In this document: piece after piece, positions 50,736-60,939 of the stretch | Numbering within the stretch: the stretch's first letter is position 1 | Layout: each line of letters begins with the position of its first letter | Source: Thermodesulfobacteriota bacterium | Lineage (GTDB): Bacteria > Desulfobacterota > Desulfobacteria > Desulfobacterales > SURF-7 | Direction of reading: 5' to 3' | Assembly: GCA_049320885.1 (NCBI GenBank) | Contig: JBMORA010000017.1 | Coordinates: 32,001-96,000, forward strand | DNA length: 64,000 bases | Position numbers and translations under genes: made by a program | Notes under the pieces: model-generated | Seen by the model: only the letters and a program-made list of their open reading frames with translations | What the model was told of the DNA's origin: nothing | Databases searched by the model: none

Positions 50736-51362
50736 CTACAGCAGGTTATTGTCATGCAGATTCATCAACAGGACCCGGCACATGGGCTCCAGCACCTCGG
50801 CGGCGGTTTTCGGATCCATGGTTTCGGAGGAAACCGACCAGATCAGTTTTTCCGTCGCGGCACTGTAGAGATTGGTCTCCAGGCGCACGAAAACATGCTC
50901 GCTGTAATAATCCGGGTAGTACACATAGGTGGTGACATAGGTATAGTAGGTACCGAAGCCGTAATAATAGCTTCGTGGAATCCACTGATCGCCGGAAGGA
51001 TCGTAGACTTCGTCCTTGTCCACCCCCAACAGATGGGTGACCATCACCGTATCCAGTCCCAACTCCAGGGCTTTGGCTTTCAGGGTTTCCTTGGTTATCT
51101 GTTGATCGAGGGGCATCACCGCCGAGCTGGCCACCGCCGCAACGCCTTCGTTTTTGAATTCCCTGACGAAGGTTTCTTCAAACAGTTTGCGTTTGGCCGG
51201 TTTGTCGAAAATGCCGACGATCAGGAGCTTTTTAACAGGACCGTCTTTGTATTCCGCGTCTTTGTAGACGGAATAGAGCTGGGTGGTGGTGGAACAGCCT
51301 GTGATGCCCGCAACCAACAGGAATACGGCCATCGCCAGCAGGAGGGTGAATCGGCTCAACAT
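50736..51362 (-). CDS. DUF4136-like lipoprotein (paralog of 22341-22961)
   Basis: Lipobox ITGC; HVFVRLETNLY..ATEKLIWSVSSE. Confidence 0.75.
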   Translation of the reverse strand: MLSRFTLLLAMAVFLLVAGITGCSTTTQLYSVYKDAEYKDGPVKKLLIVGIFDKPAKRKLFEETFVREFKNEGVAAVASSAVMPLDQQITKETLKAKALELGLDTVMVTHLLGVDKDEVYDPSGDQWIPRSYYYGFGTYYTYVTTYVYYPDYYSEHVFVRLETNLYSAATEKLIWSVSSETMDPKTAAEVLEPMCRVLLMNLHDNNLL

Positions 51363-51718
51363 GGGCAGGGTCCCCTGAAGTAAAAATGAATTTCAAGCAA
51401 ATCCGGAATATCCGGCGCGCCATCTTCCCGGGCCCGCCGTCTTCTGTGATCAGGAAGAAATTCTCTTGGTCTGACCACCGGTTATGCGTGATTATCCCCG
51501 CTTCTACAATAAACGCCTTACCCCGTCAAGAAATAGAATGGTGGTCTTAGCGGTTGTCAGAAACTCCCGGTTATAGTACAGAGTGCCGGTATGATCCGTG
51601 AGTGGCCCGGCGCTCCGATGCGGGACTGTATGGGATGTGGCCTGAACCGTTTCCCCCCGGCCGGGCGCGGACCTGATGAAATGGATATCAACCCCAGATC
51701 GAGGAGAGCATCACCAAA

Positions 51719-52249
51719 ATGACCAGAAAACATGCATTGTCGTCCATCGTTGCCGTTCTGTTGCTGTCGGCCTGTGCGTCGTTTCCCACCCGGGATATCC
51801 AGGTGGAAGCCCAGGCCGATCCCAAGGCCAATTTCAGCGGGTACAAAACCTATGCCTGGCTGGGGACGGCGGCCATCGTCAATGATCCCCACGGCCAATG
51901 GGAACCCCCCGCCTTTGACGCGGATGCGGAAATCAAATACCTGATCGATAGGGAACTGCGGGCACGCAACATGTCGGAAAGCACCACCAACCCGGATCTG
52001 ATCGTGGCCTTCGCCGCCGGTGTCGATATGGAGGCCCTGGGATTGAAAACCGACCCGGAGACTAAAATGACGCAGGTGACGAATGTTCCCCAGGGTTCCC
52101 TGGTCATCGCGCTGGTGGACAGTGAAACCGGCTTTGCCATCTGGCTTGGAGTGGCCTCGGCGGAGGTTCAGGACAATCCCGATGAGAAAACGGTGAAAGC
52201 GCGCCTGAACTACGCGGTGACCCGCTTGTTCCAGGAAATGCCCCGATAA
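51719..52249 (+). CDS. DUF4136 lipoprotein
   Basis: Lipobox LSAC, NFSGYKTYAW, GSLVIALVD..IWLG; RBS GAGGAG. Confidence 0.82.
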   Translation: MTRKHALSSIVAVLLLSACASFPTRDIQVEAQADPKANFSGYKTYAWLGTAAIVNDPHGQWEPPAFDADAEIKYLIDRELRARNMSESTTNPDLIVAFAAGVDMEALGLKTDPETKMTQVTNVPQGSLVIALVDSETGFAIWLGVASAEVQDNPDEKTVKARLNYAVTRLFQEMPR

Positions 52250-52344
52250 CCATTGAAAAAAAGGATTCCCGGGGGGCGGGGGGCGACGCGCGCCGAAAGA
52301 ATTGTTCCCATCCCGCCACCCCGGAGGTTTCCGCTGCAAGCGCC

Positions 52345-53952
52345 ATGATGCCGAATTCCACTGCCCGTATCCGCAATCCGCTGTTGCTGCACCTTGCCCT
52401 GCTGATTGTTCTGGTCGTCGGGGCCCTTGTCGCGGCGACATTCTGGATCGGCAGGGAGCTCCGCGAAGAGGTGTTCACCCGGTTTGTCACCGTTGCAACG
52501 GAACAGGCCCGCAAAGAATTCCATGCCTGCTTTTCGCCCATGACCGACACGCTGGCCCTGGTGCGGGGCTGGGGCCGGGCCGGGGACCTGGATGTCACCG
52601 ACACGGTCGCCTTGAACGCCCGATTCATGCCATTCCTGGAAATGCATACGGACCTGTCGGCGATTTTGCTGGCCCGTTCGGACGGGGTCCTCTATTTCCT
52701 CCTGCACAACGGCGGCGAATGGCTTACGCGTTCCCAGACAGAGCCGCAGAACCCCGGCGCAGCCGTATGGCGCAGATGGAAAGGTCCCGGGGAAATCCTG
52801 GACGAGCGCCGGGCGGATGACGGCGTCGACCCCAGGCAGCGGCCCTGGTACCAGGGCGCTCTGGAGCAGGGGCAGGGGGGCGGCATCTTCTGGACATCCC
52901 CTTATGTGTTTCAAACCCTGCGGCAGCCGGGCGTCACCCTGGCCGTCAGCTGGAATGACGGGCATCACACCTACGTCGCCGCCTTTGACGTGCTGCTGGA
53001 TCGGATTGCCGAAGCGGTGCGCACCGTGGGGCAGCGCCAGGAGGACAAGGTGTTTCTGGTGACCGACCGATGGACCATTTTCGATGCGTCGGGGCGGCCG
53101 GCTGCCGGAAAGCAACCCGCCCCCGTGGAAGCGTATTTCCATTCGCCGGCCACCTATCCTGCGCCGGGGGTCGCGGCGGCGGTGGCTGCGTGGCAGCAGC
53201 GGGGCAGGCAGGCGGCCGCCGCGTTCCGCTACACCGCCCAAGGGGAGCCGTTCTGGGCCGGATTCCAGTCGCTGGGAGGGCCGGGCCGCCTGTGGCTGGG
53301 CTGCTGCCTGCCGGAGCGCGCGCTTTCGGAAAGCATGGGAAGTCGCCGCGGGCCGTATTTCGTGGCGGTGGGTCTGATCCTGGCGGGCGCCGGAGCCGCG
53401 GCCTGGATGCTGGTCCGCCGCCATAGCCGCCGCCTGCAGCAGATGCCGGCCAGGCTCCTGGAGGGGGCCGACCCGGTCCAGGCCGCCCTGGAAGTGATTC
53501 GTTCCGGGGAAAGCGACACCGTTGAATTCAAATCCACCATGCGCATGAACCTGCATACCGGCAAGCCCGGCAAGGAAATGGAACTGGCCTGGCTGAAAAC
53601 CGTGGCGGCGTTCCTGAATACCAGCGGCGGCATCCTGTTTTTCGGCGTCGGCGATGACGGCGCCGTCCTGGGCATGGAAGCGGACGGATTCCCCAGCGGG
53701 GACAAATGCCGCCTGCATTTCGAGAACCTGATCAGCCAGCACATCGGCATGGAGCATGCCCGCTCCCTCCGATTCACCATCCTGTCCATTGACGGAAAAT
53801 CGGTCGGAGCGGTCGCCTGCGAACGCTCGGACTCCCCGGTTTTTCTGAAAACCTCCAAGGAGGAGGCTTTTTACATCCGCTCCGGGCCGTCCAGCATTCA
53901 GCTGCCGGTCAGCAAGGTCCTGTCGTATTTGAAAAACCCTTCCAATTTTTGA
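52345..53952 (+). CDS. Membrane Cache sensor fused to a Schlafen/AlbA_2 domain
   Basis: TM1, Cache motif DPRQRPWY..WTSPYVF..PGVT..FD, TM2, then ESDTVEFKST..AAFLNTSGG.LFFGVGDDG..FYIRSG. Confidence 0.85.
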   Translation: MMPNSTARIRNPLLLHLALLIVLVVGALVAATFWIGRELREEVFTRFVTVATEQARKEFHACFSPMTDTLALVRGWGRAGDLDVTDTVALNARFMPFLEMHTDLSAILLARSDGVLYFLLHNGGEWLTRSQTEPQNPGAAVWRRWKGPGEILDERRADDGVDPRQRPWYQGALEQGQGGGIFWTSPYVFQTLRQPGVTLAVSWNDGHHTYVAAFDVLLDRIAEAVRTVGQRQEDKVFLVTDRWTIFDASGRPAAGKQPAPVEAYFHSPATYPAPGVAAAVAAWQQRGRQAAAAFRYTAQGEPFWAGFQSLGGPGRLWLGCCLPERALSESMGSRRGPYFVAVGLILAGAGAAAWMLVRRHSRRLQQMPARLLEGADPVQAALEVIRSGESDTVEFKSTMRMNLHTGKPGKEMELAWLKTVAAFLNTSGGILFFGVGDDGAVLGMEADGFPSGDKCRLHFENLISQHIGMEHARSLRFTILSIDGKSVGAVACERSDSPVFLKTSKEEAFYIRSGPSSIQLPVSKVLSYLKNPSNF

Positions 53953-54271
53953 TAATGGCAATGACTTCTCTGATATAGGCGCATTCGCATTCAGCGGGGC
54001 ATGATCGCAGCTCATCTTGGTACAGGCAGTATCCCGGGCATTTTTCCGTATGGGTTGCTTTCACCTGGAAAATCGGACCATCATAGAGGTCAACGAATTC
54101 CGAAGCGGGAATCGTCAACGTGCCTTTACAGGAATGGTTGAAGTAAAGAGAACCGGATTCGAGCCTTTTAAAATTCGCCTGATAACCGATTATGGTAATC
54201 ATGGGATCACGTAAAAACGTATCACGGCAATCCCATTCAAACCCGCAATTGTTGCATTTTTTGAATGGCAT
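53909..54271 (-). CDS. Small cysteine-rich hypothetical protein
   Basis: 120 aa with 9 Cys (CxxC, CxxxC, CxxxCxC); RBS GAGG; AT-richer. Confidence 0.65.
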   Translation of the reverse strand: MPFKKCNNCGFEWDCRDTFLRDPMITIIGYQANFKRLESGSLYFNHSCKGTLTIPASEFVDLYDGPIFQVKATHTEKCPGYCLYQDELRSCPAECECAYIREVIAIIKNWKGFSNTTGPC

Positions 54272-54325
54272 CCGGTTTTCCTCTTTTTTGATTCTTATGG
54301 TTTTGTCACGGATTCCCCTTCTTTC

Positions 54326-54733
54326 CTATGGCAGCATCGCCGGTTTCCGGTCGCTCCAGGGAAGGGCTCTCTCCAGCTGGGCCGCGAGCTGCAGGAGGGT
54401 GGCCTCGCCACCGAAACGGCCGAAGAATTGCACGCCGCAGGGCAGGCCGTCCGCGGTCCAGTGCAGGGGCACGGACATGGCGGGCTGACCGGTGATGTTG
54501 GCGATCATGGTCAGGGGCATCTGGCCCTTCATGGTATTGTGCAGCATCTCCTCCAGAATGGCATAAGTGATTTTCCGGCTGCCTGTCAGAATGCTGCCCA
54601 TCGGCGAAGAAAGGATCCTCATGGCCAGGCGGTCCGTCATTCCCGGTTTTTGGGAGCCCACCGTCACCGGCGGCCTTCCCAGGGTGGGGCAGAGGAGCAT
54701 GTCGAAGCGTTCATACTCGGAAAAAGCGCCCAT
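54326..54733 (-). pseudogene. C-terminal fragment of an amidase-signature enzyme
   Basis: [39 protein letters not shown]; the Lys/Ser/Ser catalytic region is absent. Confidence 0.75.
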
Positions 54734-54954
54734 GGTTCCTCCTGGATGCGGTCAAGGTCGGTTTGATAACCTCTATATCCTGATTTTATTTGAAATTGCA
54801 ACCCCCTATTCCCCCGCCGGGAGAAAATTCCGGTCGGCTTCCGGGGATGAGCCGAAAAACTTTATTCATCTTTGACCTGTTTTTTCCGATTATATGATTA
54901 TGTTGGGGGTAAAGAGGTCCATGCATCAGAACCTTTGCAAAAGGAGGCGGACCC

Positions 54955-55398
54955 ATGCTGAGAAAATGGTTTTCCAAGCGGAAAAAAACGCCCGAATATC
55001 CGGATGAGATGAGTGATATCGCCAGGCGCATCGCCCCGGTCATCGACCGCATGGTCAGCGATCTTTTCCGGAACTATCTGGATTTTTTGATGACCCGTCC
55101 CCCCGGCTATATCGTCACGGCGGTCTGGGCCAACGAGGACAGTGTGGAAATGGATCCGGTCACCCGGGAGATCAGCCATATGGTGGGTCCGACCCTGCAA
55201 ACGGTTTTCTCGGTTCTGGACATGAAAAAACCGAGTCGTTCCCAGGTGTTCGGCATTTCCTATCTGGTCCGCGGTTTGATTATTTCCAAAGTTGCCTTTG
55301 TACTCGAGGCCCTGCGGAATCTGCCGATGAACATCCGGCCCAATGACGGCGAGTCCGCCCATGATTTGCGGAATATGCGTCCCATGGGCGCCGCCTAG
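54955..55398 (+). CDS. Hypothetical protein
   Basis: 147-aa ORF with RBS AGGAGG. Confidence 0.6.
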   Translation: MLRKWFSKRKKTPEYPDEMSDIARRIAPVIDRMVSDLFRNYLDFLMTRPPGYIVTAVWANEDSVEMDPVTREISHMVGPTLQTVFSVLDMKKPSRSQVFGISYLVRGLIISKVAFVLEALRNLPMNIRPNDGESAHDLRNMRPMGAA

Positions 55399-55598
55399 GA
55401 TCCGGGTGAAGGGTTTATTCCGATTGCCCGAGGTTGACACGCGGATTTTCATCTGATAGATTCCATTGAAAATTCCGCGCTTCCATTTGTTTTCAAGACG
55501 CCCCGTCCGGGAGGACGGCCATGGGAAGCCGGTGCGGCTCCCATTTGCCGACGACCCGTCACCCTAGCCCAACCGCCAAGCGATCATCGGGAGGAACC

Positions 55599-56057
55599 AT
55601 GAAATACATTTCTCTTGTGGTGTTATCCGTTGTGTTGGCGTTGTGCCGCACCCCGGACGGCCGGGCTGAATCCGGATTCGTCGGCACGGTGAAGGCGGTC
55701 AAACCCGATGCGTTTCTCATCCGCCGGGGCATGACCATGACCGCCTCGGCCCATATGAAAATCATGATCGGCGACGTGGTCAGAACCGGAGCGAACGGGT
55801 CCGTGGGGTTCATTCTGAAAGACGATACCGTCATATCCATGGGGCCGGACAGTGAGATCGTCATCGATGATTTCGTTTTCGATCCGGCGGGTAAAAAGCT
55901 GTCCTTTATTGCCAGGCTGTACCACGGGACGGTGGCGTATATCTCCGGCCAGATCGCCAAATTATCCCCCGAATCCGTTCGATTCGAAACCCCGGTGGCG
56001 ACCATCGGCATGCGGGGGACGCGCTTTCTCGTCGCCATCGACAAGTCAACACCGTAA
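55599..56057 (+). CDS. FecR-domain secreted protein
   Basis: RBS GGAGG, signal peptide, GDVVRTG..DDT..GPDSE, TPVATIGMRGTRF. Confidence 0.85.
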   Translation: MKYISLVVLSVVLALCRTPDGRAESGFVGTVKAVKPDAFLIRRGMTMTASAHMKIMIGDVVRTGANGSVGFILKDDTVISMGPDSEIVIDDFVFDPAGKKLSFIARLYHGTVAYISGQIAKLSPESVRFETPVATIGMRGTRFLVAIDKSTP

Positions 56058-56123
56058 GCGGCCGGACGGCCAAACCGAAGCCGGAAACCGCGGGATTTCA
56101 CCCGCCATAAGGATGATGTTCCC

Positions 56124-56744
56124 ATGAAGACAAACCAGAACCGGTTGATGCGGCTGCTGTTCTTGCCGCTGTTGTTGCTGATGATGGGGCCCGCCGGATG
56201 CAGCCGCAAAAACATGGTTGTCCTGATGCCGGAAAAAGACGGTTCCAAATCGGGAATCGTGGTCTCCAACCAGGCCGGCAGTGTTGAAATCGATTCCCCC
56301 TATCACGCGACCCGGGTCCAGGGCGCCAATTCCCCACCAGATCCGGCGGCGGCCGTGGATCAACAGGAGATCCAGGCGGTTTTCGGTCAGGCCCTGGCCG
56401 TTCAACCGGAGCCTCCCGTCCATTTTATCCTGTATTTCGAAAGCGTTTCCACGACCCTCACCCCTGAGTCGTTGAAAACCTTGCCGACCATCGTCGAAAC
56501 CATCCACGCCAGGGATTCGGTGGATGTCGGCATCGTGGGACATACCGACACCGCCGGCGACAAGGACTACAACCGGCGCCTGTCCACCCGGCGGGCGGAG
56601 GCGGTGGGCCAATTGCTGGTGGAACGGGGTGTCAGGACGGAATGCCTGGAAATTTCCTCCCACGGCGAGGAAAATCCCATTGTCGTAACCGCGGACGATG
56701 TAAACGAACCCAGAAACCGCAGGGTGGAGGTGGTTGTCCGGTGA
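56124..56744 (+). CDS. OmpA C-terminal-domain lipoprotein
   Basis: Lipobox PAGC, GHTD..YNRRLSTRRA, NRRVEV. Confidence 0.9.
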   Translation: MKTNQNRLMRLLFLPLLLLMMGPAGCSRKNMVVLMPEKDGSKSGIVVSNQAGSVEIDSPYHATRVQGANSPPDPAAAVDQQEIQAVFGQALAVQPEPPVHFILYFESVSTTLTPESLKTLPTIVETIHARDSVDVGIVGHTDTAGDKDYNRRLSTRRAEAVGQLLVERGVRTECLEISSHGEENPIVVTADDVNEPRNRRVEVVVR

Positions 56745-56824
56745 ACCGCCCGTTCCCCTGATTCCAGAGCAGTCATGGCCGGTTCCTTACTTTTACAGGC
56801 GGCGGAAGTTTCTTCCATTCATGT

Positions 56825-59728
56825 ATGGTGCAAGCATCTTTTTCTCACATATCCGATCGAATGCTTTTGGGCCTTGGGTTGGCGTTGACCATCTTCCTGA
56901 TCGGGATATATCTGGCGAACCCCTTTTTCGTCCGTTTCTTCAACCATAGAATCACCGACGTCATGATGGCGTCTTCCCCACCGAAACCCGTTTCCGGAAA
57001 GGTGGTGGTGGTGGATATCGACGGGGAAAGCCTGGCCCGATACGGCCAGTGGCCCTGGTCCAGAGACCGCCTGGCGGAGCTGCTGGAAAAAATCAACGCA
57101 CACGGCGCTGCCAGCATCGCCCTGGACATGATCCTCGCGGAACCCGACAGGACTTCCCCGGTGGTGCGGCATGCCATCCGGCCGGAGGATGACGGCCGGA
57201 ATATGGGGCTGCCGTCCGGCCTTGCCGATCACGATGCGGCTCTGGCCAGGATCTTGGCCGGCGGTCCCTTTGTTCTCGGGTTCGAATTTCTGTTCGGCGA
57301 TGAAAGGGCCGGCGGGGCTTCCTGCCGGCTGCATCCGGTGAACGTGATCTGGGTGGACGATCCGGTCCCAGCGGATTCGTCGGCAGGGTTTTTCACCGCC
57401 GGGGATGTGGATTGCAGTCTCCACCGCCTGGCGGCCGCCGTAACCTATTCCGGATTCCTGAACGCCACACCCGATTCCGACGGCATTCTGCGACGGGCGC
57501 CGCTGCTGATCCGTTATGGAAACCGCCTGTTTCCTTGCCTGGCGCTGGCAAGCCTGCTGCGGTCCGAAGGCGCGGGTCAGATCCGGTACGGGACGGAACG
57601 ATACGGGCGGCGCTATGCGGGTTTGGCCCGTACCCGGATTCCCGTGGACCTGAAAGGGAACATGGCCGTCAATTTCGCCATCAGGACCGGCGATATCCGG
57701 CGGGTTTCGGCGGCGGACATTCTCGGCGGCGGTCTGGGAGCGGATGTCTGCAAGGGCAGGTTCGTTATTGTCGGTTTGTCGGCATCCGGTTTGAAACACA
57801 CCTACCAGACGCCCGTCAACCCTGTTTCCGCCCATGCGGACATCCATGCCCAGGTGTTGGAGACCATCCTGACGGATGCATTCATTGTCCGGGGGCAGGA
57901 TTTCGTCCTTTGGGAGTCGTTGTTCGGCATGGCCATTTCGGTATTGTTCAGCCTGTGCATCCTGAGACTCGGTTTCGCATGGAATGCGGCGATCGCCGTT
58001 GCGGCGGCAGCGGGTATCTGGCAGGGGGCCAACGCGGTCTTCCGGGACACCGGTTTTCTGTTTTCTCCCCTGTTGCCCCTGGCCGTGCTGCCGTTCGATT
58101 ATGCGGTTTTGACAATCGTCAAATACTGGAAAAGCCAGCTCGAAGCCAGGCGGACAACGGAAAATACGCTGGTGCTGCTGAAGGCGAGCGAGCAAAAACT
58201 GAACACCATCATCCAGACCATTCCGGATATCGTTTTCCTGCTGGACCCGGCGGGGCGGATCACTTTTGTCAGCCGGGCGATACGGAAATACGAGACCGAG
58301 CCCGGGGCGTTGATCGGTCAGCCCATTCTGGACCTGATCATCCCCGAGGACAGAACCAGGGCCGTGCACAAGATCACCGAACGGAGAACCGGGGTCAGGG
58401 CCACATCCGCCATGGAGCTGCGCATGGTATGGCGGGAACCCCGGAAGGGTGAGGCCGAATTCCGGTATTTCAGCGTATCGGCCGAGGGGGTGTACCGGGA
58501 AGAAAACAGCGGCAATCGCTTGTTCATCGGGACCCAGGGGATTGCCCGGGACATCACCGACCAGAAGAAGATCGAACACCAGCTCCAGCAGGCCCAGAAA
58601 ATGCAGACCATCGGAAACCTGGCCGCCGGTGTGGCCCATGATCTCAACAATGTCCTCGGGGGCCTGGTCACCTATCCGGAGCTGCTGCTGCTGGAACTGC
58701 CGCCGGACAGTCCCCTGCGCTCCAAAATCGCCCTCATCCAGAGGTCGGGCCAGAAGGCCGCCTCCATGGTGCAGGACCTGCTGACCCTGGCCAGGCGCGG
58801 CGTTTCCGTGGATGAAATCTTCCAGTTGAATACGGTTATCCGGGACTACCTGGCTTCACCGGAATTCGACGCCATCCGGCGCCACAATCCCAAGGTGCGG
58901 GTGGAAACCCGGCTTTCCGATGAACTCCTGAATGTCAAAGGCTCTCCGGTTCATCTGTCCAAGGTGCTGATGAACCTGATCCATAATTCCGTTGAGGCCA
59001 TGCCGGCGGGAGGGTGCATTTTACTTACCACCGACAATATCTATGTGGATGCCCCGGTGACCGCCTATGAAACCATTCCGGAAGGGGAGTATGTCCGTCT
59101 GGGCATCGCCGATGAGGGCGTCGGTATCGCCCGGGAGGATTTGAAACGGATATTCGATCCCTTTTATTCGAAAAAAGTCATGGGTAAAAGCGGAAGCGGT
59201 CTGGGAATGACCGTGGTGTGGGCCTCGGTAAAGGATCATGGCGGGTATATCGATCTCCAGAGCCGTGAAGGCGAGGGGACCCGGTTCGACATTTATCTGC
59301 CGGCGACCCGGCAGGCGGCCGGGGAAAAAAGCCGCCCCATCGTGCTGGAGGACTATGTCGGAACCGAATCGGTCCTGGTCATCGATGACATCCCCGAACA
59401 GCGCGAGATCGCCGCGAAATTTCTCGGCAAGCTCGGCTATCGGGTTGAAACCGCGCCCAGCGGCGAGACCGCCGTCGAGTATCTGAAGGGACATCCCGTT
59501 GATCTGCTGGTGCTGGACATGATCATGCCCGGGGGGATGGACGGCCTGGAAACCTACCGGAAGATCATCGCGAACCACCCGGGACAGAAAGCCATCATCA
59601 CCAGCGGCTATTCCGAATCCGGGCGCGTCAGGGAACTCCAGCAGCTGGGGGCCGGGGACTATGTCCAGAAACCCTATACGCTGGAGAAGATCGGAGTTGC
59701 GGTCCGGGGAGCCCTGGACAGACGGTAG
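56825..59728 (+). CDS. CHASE2-PAS hybrid histidine kinase/response regulator
   Basis: VDID.ESL..YGQWPWSR, DSDGILRR, PAS, AHDLNN, GSGLG, receiver LDMIMP..QKP. Confidence 0.92.
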   Translation: MVQASFSHISDRMLLGLGLALTIFLIGIYLANPFFVRFFNHRITDVMMASSPPKPVSGKVVVVDIDGESLARYGQWPWSRDRLAELLEKINAHGAASIALDMILAEPDRTSPVVRHAIRPEDDGRNMGLPSGLADHDAALARILAGGPFVLGFEFLFGDERAGGASCRLHPVNVIWVDDPVPADSSAGFFTAGDVDCSLHRLAAAVTYSGFLNATPDSDGILRRAPLLIRYGNRLFPCLALASLLRSEGAGQIRYGTERYGRRYAGLARTRIPVDLKGNMAVNFAIRTGDIRRVSAADILGGGLGADVCKGRFVIVGLSASGLKHTYQTPVNPVSAHADIHAQVLETILTDAFIVRGQDFVLWESLFGMAISVLFSLCILRLGFAWNAAIAVAAAAGIWQGANAVFRDTGFLFSPLLPLAVLPFDYAVLTIVKYWKSQLEARRTTENTLVLLKASEQKLNTIIQTIPDIVFLLDPAGRITFVSRAIRKYETEPGALIGQPILDLIIPEDRTRAVHKITERRTGVRATSAMELRMVWREPRKGEAEFRYFSVSAEGVYREENSGNRLFIGTQGIARDITDQKKIEHQLQQAQKMQTIGNLAAGVAHDLNNVLGGLVTYPELLLLELPPDSPLRSKIALIQRSGQKAASMVQDLLTLARRGVSVDEIFQLNTVIRDYLASPEFDAIRRHNPKVRVETRLSDELLNVKGSPVHLSKVLMNLIHNSVEAMPAGGCILLTTDNIYVDAPVTAYETIPEGEYVRLGIADEGVGIAREDLKRIFDPFYSKKVMGKSGSGLGMTVVWASVKDHGGYIDLQSREGEGTRFDIYLPATRQAAGEKSRPIVLEDYVGTESVLVIDDIPEQREIAAKFLGKLGYRVETAPSGETAVEYLKGHPVDLLVLDMIMPGGMDGLETYRKIIANHPGQKAIITSGYSESGRVRELQQLGAGDYVQKPYTLEKIGVAVRGALDRR

Positions 59729-59916
59729 GGATGGGAGATGGGCCTGATGTTGAGACGATATCTTCTGGCTGGGAGAAAGGATTTCATCGGGGTCTCTTTT
59801 GTTGTATCTTGGTGGTAACATTGTGACAACGATTCAGGGGGGCATTGCATGATTGTAACGCTAACCAAGCATGGCAACAGCCTGGCGCTAAGGAGAACGG
59901 CTGAAAACGATACGGA

Positions 59917-60939
59917 ATGAGCGACCTGAAAACCTCCACCATTGTACTGCCCGGCATTATCAACGCGGCCCTTAGGCGCGGAGTGGACATCCAGGGCATT
60001 TTACGGGATCTGGGGATTCAGGTGGATCTGGCCAACATCACCCGGACCACCATCGATCTCACGACGGTCCACGCTGTCGTCACGGCGGTGGAAAAAGCCG
60101 CCGGTTACCCGGCCATGGGGCTGACGGCCGGCGCGGATTTCGATTTCGAATTTCTCCCCCATCTGAAAACCTACTGCATGTCCGCTTCCACCCTCCGGGA
60201 GGCCTATGAAACCACGCGGCAGGCCCGGCAGCTCATTTCGCCGCTTCTGACGTTTCACCTGACGGAGAGCGGCGATGAAGCCGTCCTGAAACTCCGGCCG
60301 GACCCGGTGCTATCCGATGAAGACGACCGCCATTTCACGGAAATGGTTTTCGCCACCGTGAGCACGCTGGTGAGCCGGCTGCTGAAGCGGGGACAGCCGC
60401 CGCGAAGCGTCCGGTTTCGTCACGGCCGCACGGAAATCCGGCCGCTCTATGAAGACTTTTTTCAATGCCCGGTGTTGTTGGGGGCGCCGGAAAACGCCGT
60501 CGTCTACGACCGCCAGCTGATGGATGAGCCGTTGCCCGGGGGATTCCCCGAAATCCGGCGGCAGGCGCGGGAGATCGTCGAACGGCAGACGGCGGACTCC
60601 CCCTTGCAGGCCGGAGTCGCCCGGCGTCTTCGGGACCTGCTGAAGCAGCGTCGGGAGTTGCTGGCCGCGCCGGTGGGGCAGGTGGCCCGCTTGCTGAACA
60701 TCAGCCCCCGCACCCTGCAGCGCCGTCTCTTCCGGGAGAAAACCAGCCTGGGGGAAATCCGCGACCGGATCCGGTTCCAGGCGGCGGCGGAAGCGCTGAA
60801 ATCCTCCGGGGCGAGCATTGAAGAAATCGGGGAAGCAATGGGTTTCTCCGACCGCCACAGTTTCACCCGGGCTTTTCAGCGCTGGGCCGGGGTTTCACCC
60901 AGCGCCTACCGCAAAAAGCAGTCCCCGGCCCGTCCCTGA
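59917..60939 (+). CDS. AraC-family transcriptional regulator
   Basis: SPRTLQRRL, GFSDRHSFTRAFQRWAGVSPSAYR. Confidence 0.92.
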   Translation: MSDLKTSTIVLPGIINAALRRGVDIQGILRDLGIQVDLANITRTTIDLTTVHAVVTAVEKAAGYPAMGLTAGADFDFEFLPHLKTYCMSASTLREAYETTRQARQLISPLLTFHLTESGDEAVLKLRPDPVLSDEDDRHFTEMVFATVSTLVSRLLKRGQPPRSVRFRHGRTEIRPLYEDFFQCPVLLGAPENAVVYDRQLMDEPLPGGFPEIRRQAREIVERQTADSPLQAGVARRLRDLLKQRRELLAAPVGQVARLLNISPRTLQRRLFREKTSLGEIRDRIRFQAAAEALKSSGASIEEIGEAMGFSDRHSFTRAFQRWAGVSPSAYRKKQSPARP

